NCBI GenBank assembly: GCA_965243025.1
Contig: CBDETY010000003.1
Span: forward strand, 6,080,001-6,144,000
Reading direction: 5' to 3'
DNA length: 64,000 nt
Source of the DNA: Candidatus Latescibacterota bacterium
GTDB lineage: Bacteria > Latescibacterota > UBA2968 > UBA8231
Shown: positions 60,934 through 64,000 of the stretch, one piece after another
Layout: every line of letters begins with the position of its first letter
Numbering within the stretch: position 1 is the first letter of the stretch
Translations under genes and position numbers: made by a program
The notes under the pieces: model-generated
What the model was told of the DNA's origin: nothing
Seen by the model: only the letters and a program-made list of their open reading frames with translations
The model's database searches: none

Positions 60934-63699
60934 ATGAGCTTTGACCTCCGCTCCCTCGTTTTTCTTCTCACCTTCTACATAGCTTTCTTCGCCTCCGGCG
61001 CCGCCAGCCTGATCGCCGAGGTCACATGGAATCGGATGCTGGTCACGGTAGTCGGCAACTCGGTGAGCGCGACCGCCATGATCCTGGCCGCCTTCATGGG
61101 CGGTCTCGGACTGGGCAGCTATGCCGGAGGGGAATACTTCAGCAGGCGCCGCCCCTCGCTGATTCCCTACATCCTGCTGGAGATCGCTATCGGCGCCTAT
61201 GTATTCCTGTCGCCGGCGCTGTTCGATCTGCTGGCACGGCTCTTCACCTCGTTGGCGGAGAGCTTCGACGACCGGGCAAGCCTTGCAATGGCGCGAAGCA
61301 TGGTAAGCCTGGCGGCGCTCCTTCTGCCCGCATTCCTGATGGGTGCGACGTTCCCGGCGATGATCTCCGGTGTCGCTCCCGATTCCTCGTCACGGAGAAC
61401 GGCACGGACAGGTTACCTGTACAGCACGAACACCCTGGGGGCTGCGGTGGGCTGTTTCGCGGCGGGGTACTACCTGCTGGGGGAGTTCGGAGTTCAGAGC
61501 ACCCTGACCTGCGCCCTGGGTCTGTACGTCGTCGCCGTCCTGTGTGCGTTAGCGGCGAGGAGGGCTGCCCCGCCCGGCCTGGCTCAGGCTGCCGCGGCCC
61601 CGGCTGCCGGAAGCAGCTCCGCCCGGCCCGCGGAGGATCCCGGGCGGCGTTTCCTGCAGCTGGCGACGTTCGCGGTCGGTTTCGTCGCCCTGGCCTACCA
61701 GGTTCTGTTGACCCGGCTGGGCATTCTCTACCTCGGCAACAGCGCTCCGGTGTTCCCGGTCGTGCTCACGGGGTTTCTCCTGGGAACCGGAATCAGCGCC
61801 GTCGTGGGGACATGGCTGTACGGGGTGTTGCGCCGCAACACGGGCAGAAGCGACGACCTCTTCGGTTTCACCGCGCTGGCTGCCGGGGCCTTCGTGCTGC
61901 TGACTCCCTATCTCCTGCTGACCGACTGGGTGCTCGGCACGGACCAGTCGGCGCAGTTCGGCCAGGCAAGCTTCGAAAACCTCGTACTGGTCATCGCAAT
62001 CATCGTCGCACCGACGGTCCTGATCGGGGCGCTTCTGCCGCTGGCGATCAGGATGCTCCAGCCGGAGGGGCGCGGCGCGGCGACGCGGGAAGCCGCCACC
62101 CTGTATGCCCTCAACACCGCGGGAGGTCTGCTGGGCGCCGGCCTGGCCAACCACTATCTCGTCCCCCTCATCGGGGTGCAGGGCGTTCTCATCGGCCTGG
62201 CATCGGCATGCGCCGCGGTGGGGGTCTTCAATCTGCTTTCTCCGGACCGGGTTTTCCGGCGGTGGGCGGCCACCGTACTCGCTGTCGCGGGGCTGGCCGT
62301 CGCGCTTGCCGCGGCGCTCCCGAGGATGATGGACCTGTACGCAGTGAAGCTCGGGGAGTTCACCAGGGCGGCCTCGACCGAAGTCAGGCTCATCCAGGAG
62401 GGACGGGTGGCCACCGTTACCGTCCTCGACCAGGTCGATCCGAGGAGAGGCACGTACCGCGACATGTACCTCAACGGCGTCGAGGAAGCGTCGACACGCT
62501 ACTGGCACACCCAGTTGTTCAAGCTGCTGGGAAGCTTTCCGGTGCTCGTCCACGAGGGGGCCGAACCCAAACAGGTGCTGGTGATCGCCTTCGGGGCCGG
62601 CATTACGGCCGGCTCGGTACTGGCTTCGGACCGGGTCTCCAGCCTCGATGTCGTCGACCTGAATCCCGACGTGGAAGGCATCAACGACCTGTTTACCGAT
62701 GTGAACGGGGACGTGTTTCACAAACCCGGGTTCCACTTTCACAACGACGACGGGCGCAACTACCTGGTGACCAGCAGCAAACGCTACGACGTGATCATCA
62801 GCGATTCGACCCATCCGCGCGCCTACGACAGCTGGGTCCTCTACACGGAAGAGTTCTACCGGGCCGTCGCCGGGCGCCTGCTTCCCGGCGGCATCTTCGC
62901 GCAGTGGGTGCCCGTTCTCGGCAACATGCAGGGTGACCTGTTGAGGATACACCTCAACACGTTCCGAAGGGTGTTTCCCAACTCCACCTTCTGGTATGTC
63001 TACGGCTCCGACCAGGCGTTTCTCCTGGCGACCCCCGAACCCTTCTCACTCGACGCCGAATACCTGCAGGAACAGCTCGACCGCCTGCCCGGATGGTTCC
63101 GGGCACAGCACTACCAGATCGACACGGTCGAGCGCATCGCCGGTTTTTTCTGGCTGGACGGCGAGGCCTTGGCCAGGATGATCGGCGGTGAGACACGGCT
63201 CAACACCGACGACCTCCATTTCTTCGACAACCAGTCCGCCCTCGAGCCGGCGCCCCCGGAAATGCGGCTGCCGCGCTATCAGGCAGCGGCCCATCCCTAC
63301 TTCATGCGGGCCGACGACAGGCTGCGCGACGCCATCGGCAGGGAACAGCTGATGGCGCAATTGATGGCCAGGTACGGATTCTACCGCACGCAGCAGGACC
63401 TGTTCAGTGCGTATTGCCTGATGCCCGGCAACGGCAATGTGAGGTATTTCCTGTCCCGGGGATTTCCCGATGGCAAGCCGCCGGATCACCAGACGTTCTG
63501 CACTGTGAGGAGCCTGACCCGACAGGCGCAGGGTCTCCGCGATCAGGGCAGGTATGCCGAGGCGGAGCCCCTTTACAGGCAGGTGCTTGAAATATTGCAG
63601 GATTCCTACGGGCCCGGGCACCCCGGGGTGGCCGAAACCCTGAAAACCCTGGCCGAGCTCCATCGCCAAATGGGAAGCAGGAAAGAAGCGGAACGGTGA
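60934..63699 (+). CDS. Membrane / spermidine-synthase-like fusion protein with C-terminal TPR
   Basis: SGAASL..EV.W.R, LYSTNTLGA; LVIAFGAGIT, DDGRNYL, DVIISD, QWVP; QGRYAEAEPLY...GPGHPGVA TPR. Confidence 0.9.
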   Translation: MSFDLRSLVFLLTFYIAFFASGAASLIAEVTWNRMLVTVVGNSVSATAMILAAFMGGLGLGSYAGGEYFSRRRPSLIPYILLEIAIGAYVFLSPALFDLLARLFTSLAESFDDRASLAMARSMVSLAALLLPAFLMGATFPAMISGVAPDSSSRRTARTGYLYSTNTLGAAVGCFAAGYYLLGEFGVQSTLTCALGLYVVAVLCALAARRAAPPGLAQAAAAPAAGSSSARPAEDPGRRFLQLATFAVGFVALAYQVLLTRLGILYLGNSAPVFPVVLTGFLLGTGISAVVGTWLYGVLRRNTGRSDDLFGFTALAAGAFVLLTPYLLLTDWVLGTDQSAQFGQASFENLVLVIAIIVAPTVLIGALLPLAIRMLQPEGRGAATREAATLYALNTAGGLLGAGLANHYLVPLIGVQGVLIGLASACAAVGVFNLLSPDRVFRRWAATVLAVAGLAVALAAALPRMMDLYAVKLGEFTRAASTEVRLIQEGRVATVTVLDQVDPRRGTYRDMYLNGVEEASTRYWHTQLFKLLGSFPVLVHEGAEPKQVLVIAFGAGITAGSVLASDRVSSLDVVDLNPDVEGINDLFTDVNGDVFHKPGFHFHNDDGRNYLVTSSKRYDVIISDSTHPRAYDSWVLYTEEFYRAVAGRLLPGGIFAQWVPVLGNMQGDLLRIHLNTFRRVFPNSTFWYVYGSDQAFLLATPEPFSLDAEYLQEQLDRLPGWFRAQHYQIDTVERIAGFFWLDGEALARMIGGETRLNTDDLHFFDNQSALEPAPPEMRLPRYQAAAHPYFMRADDRLRDAIGREQLMAQLMARYGFYRTQQDLFSAYCLMPGNGNVRYFLSRGFPDGKPPDHQTFCTVRSLTRQAQGLRDQGRYAEAEPLYRQVLEILQDSYGPGHPGVAETLKTLAELHRQMGSRKEAER

Positions 63700-63727
63700 G
63701 AAGCGCGGCCCGGAAGACCGGGGCAGG

Positions 63728-64000
63728 GTGGATGATTTGAGTGCGAAACCGGAGGTGATTTCCGTTGCCTGGGAGGAAACGGCATCCCGGCGGATGAGTT
63801 CCGGACGCCTCCAACAGGCGGTGGAGGCGGTCAGGCGGGACGGATTCGTTGTCATCGAAAACGCGGTTCCCCACGAGCCGCTCGACGTCCTCCGGGAGAA
63901 GATGGATCGGGATTCCAGGGTCCTGATCGATCGCAAGCTGTGGGGGGGCGCCGGAGGTCTGAAAGGCCATCTCCAACAGGGGCCGCCCCCGTTCGCCCCG
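63728..64000 (+). CDS. PhyH-family dioxygenase, 3' truncated by window edge (absent from ORF track)
   Basis: Frame open to the window end: LQQAVEAVRRDGFVVIENAVPHEPLDVLREKM...GHLQQGPPPFAP. Start GTG 63728 or TTG 63737. Confidence 0.75.
   Translation, partial: MDDLSAKPEVISVAWEETASRRMSSGRLQQAVEAVRRDGFVVIENAVPHEPLDVLREKMDRDSRVLIDRKLWGGAGGLKGHLQQGPPPFAP

Overview
High-GC bacterial window. The gene content (FlgD/T9SS-like C-terminal tails, DUF6785-type membrane proteins, PhyH and enolase expansions, L-domain repeats, CRTAC1 proteins) suggests a Latescibacterota/Poribacteria-like, possibly sponge-associated organism; this is inference only. All family names come from motif recognition, not database searches. 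Layout: (1) 1-2.3 kb is the end of an accessory island (actin-fold protein, hypothetical protein, 16-bp palindrome). (2) 2.4-9 kb holds sugar-acid/carbohydrate enzymes. (3) 9-17 kb (minus strand) has a UPF0182 protein and a giant M28-like/FtsX permease fusion. (4) 17-44 kb (plus strand) is a long co-directional envelope cluster: two exbD, secreted proteins with sorting-like tails, three paralogous ~950-aa outer-membrane proteins sharing an Asp-rich motif, an Ogl-like propeller, a TPR scaffold, DUF4159, a beta-helix, a TonB-C-like lipoprotein and a DUF6785-type membrane protein. This is a candidate undescribed uptake/secretion system. (5) A DUF3179 lipoprotein is split by an in-frame UGA with a SECIS-like hairpin (probable selenoprotein), followed by an 18-repeat L-domain lipoprotein. 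(6) 47-64 kb has CRTAC1/TPR proteins, enolases, a second DUF6785 paralog, a structured MITE-like repeat family and two membrane-fused spermidine-synthase-like methyltransferases. No rRNA, tRNA, CRISPR array or transposase was seen.
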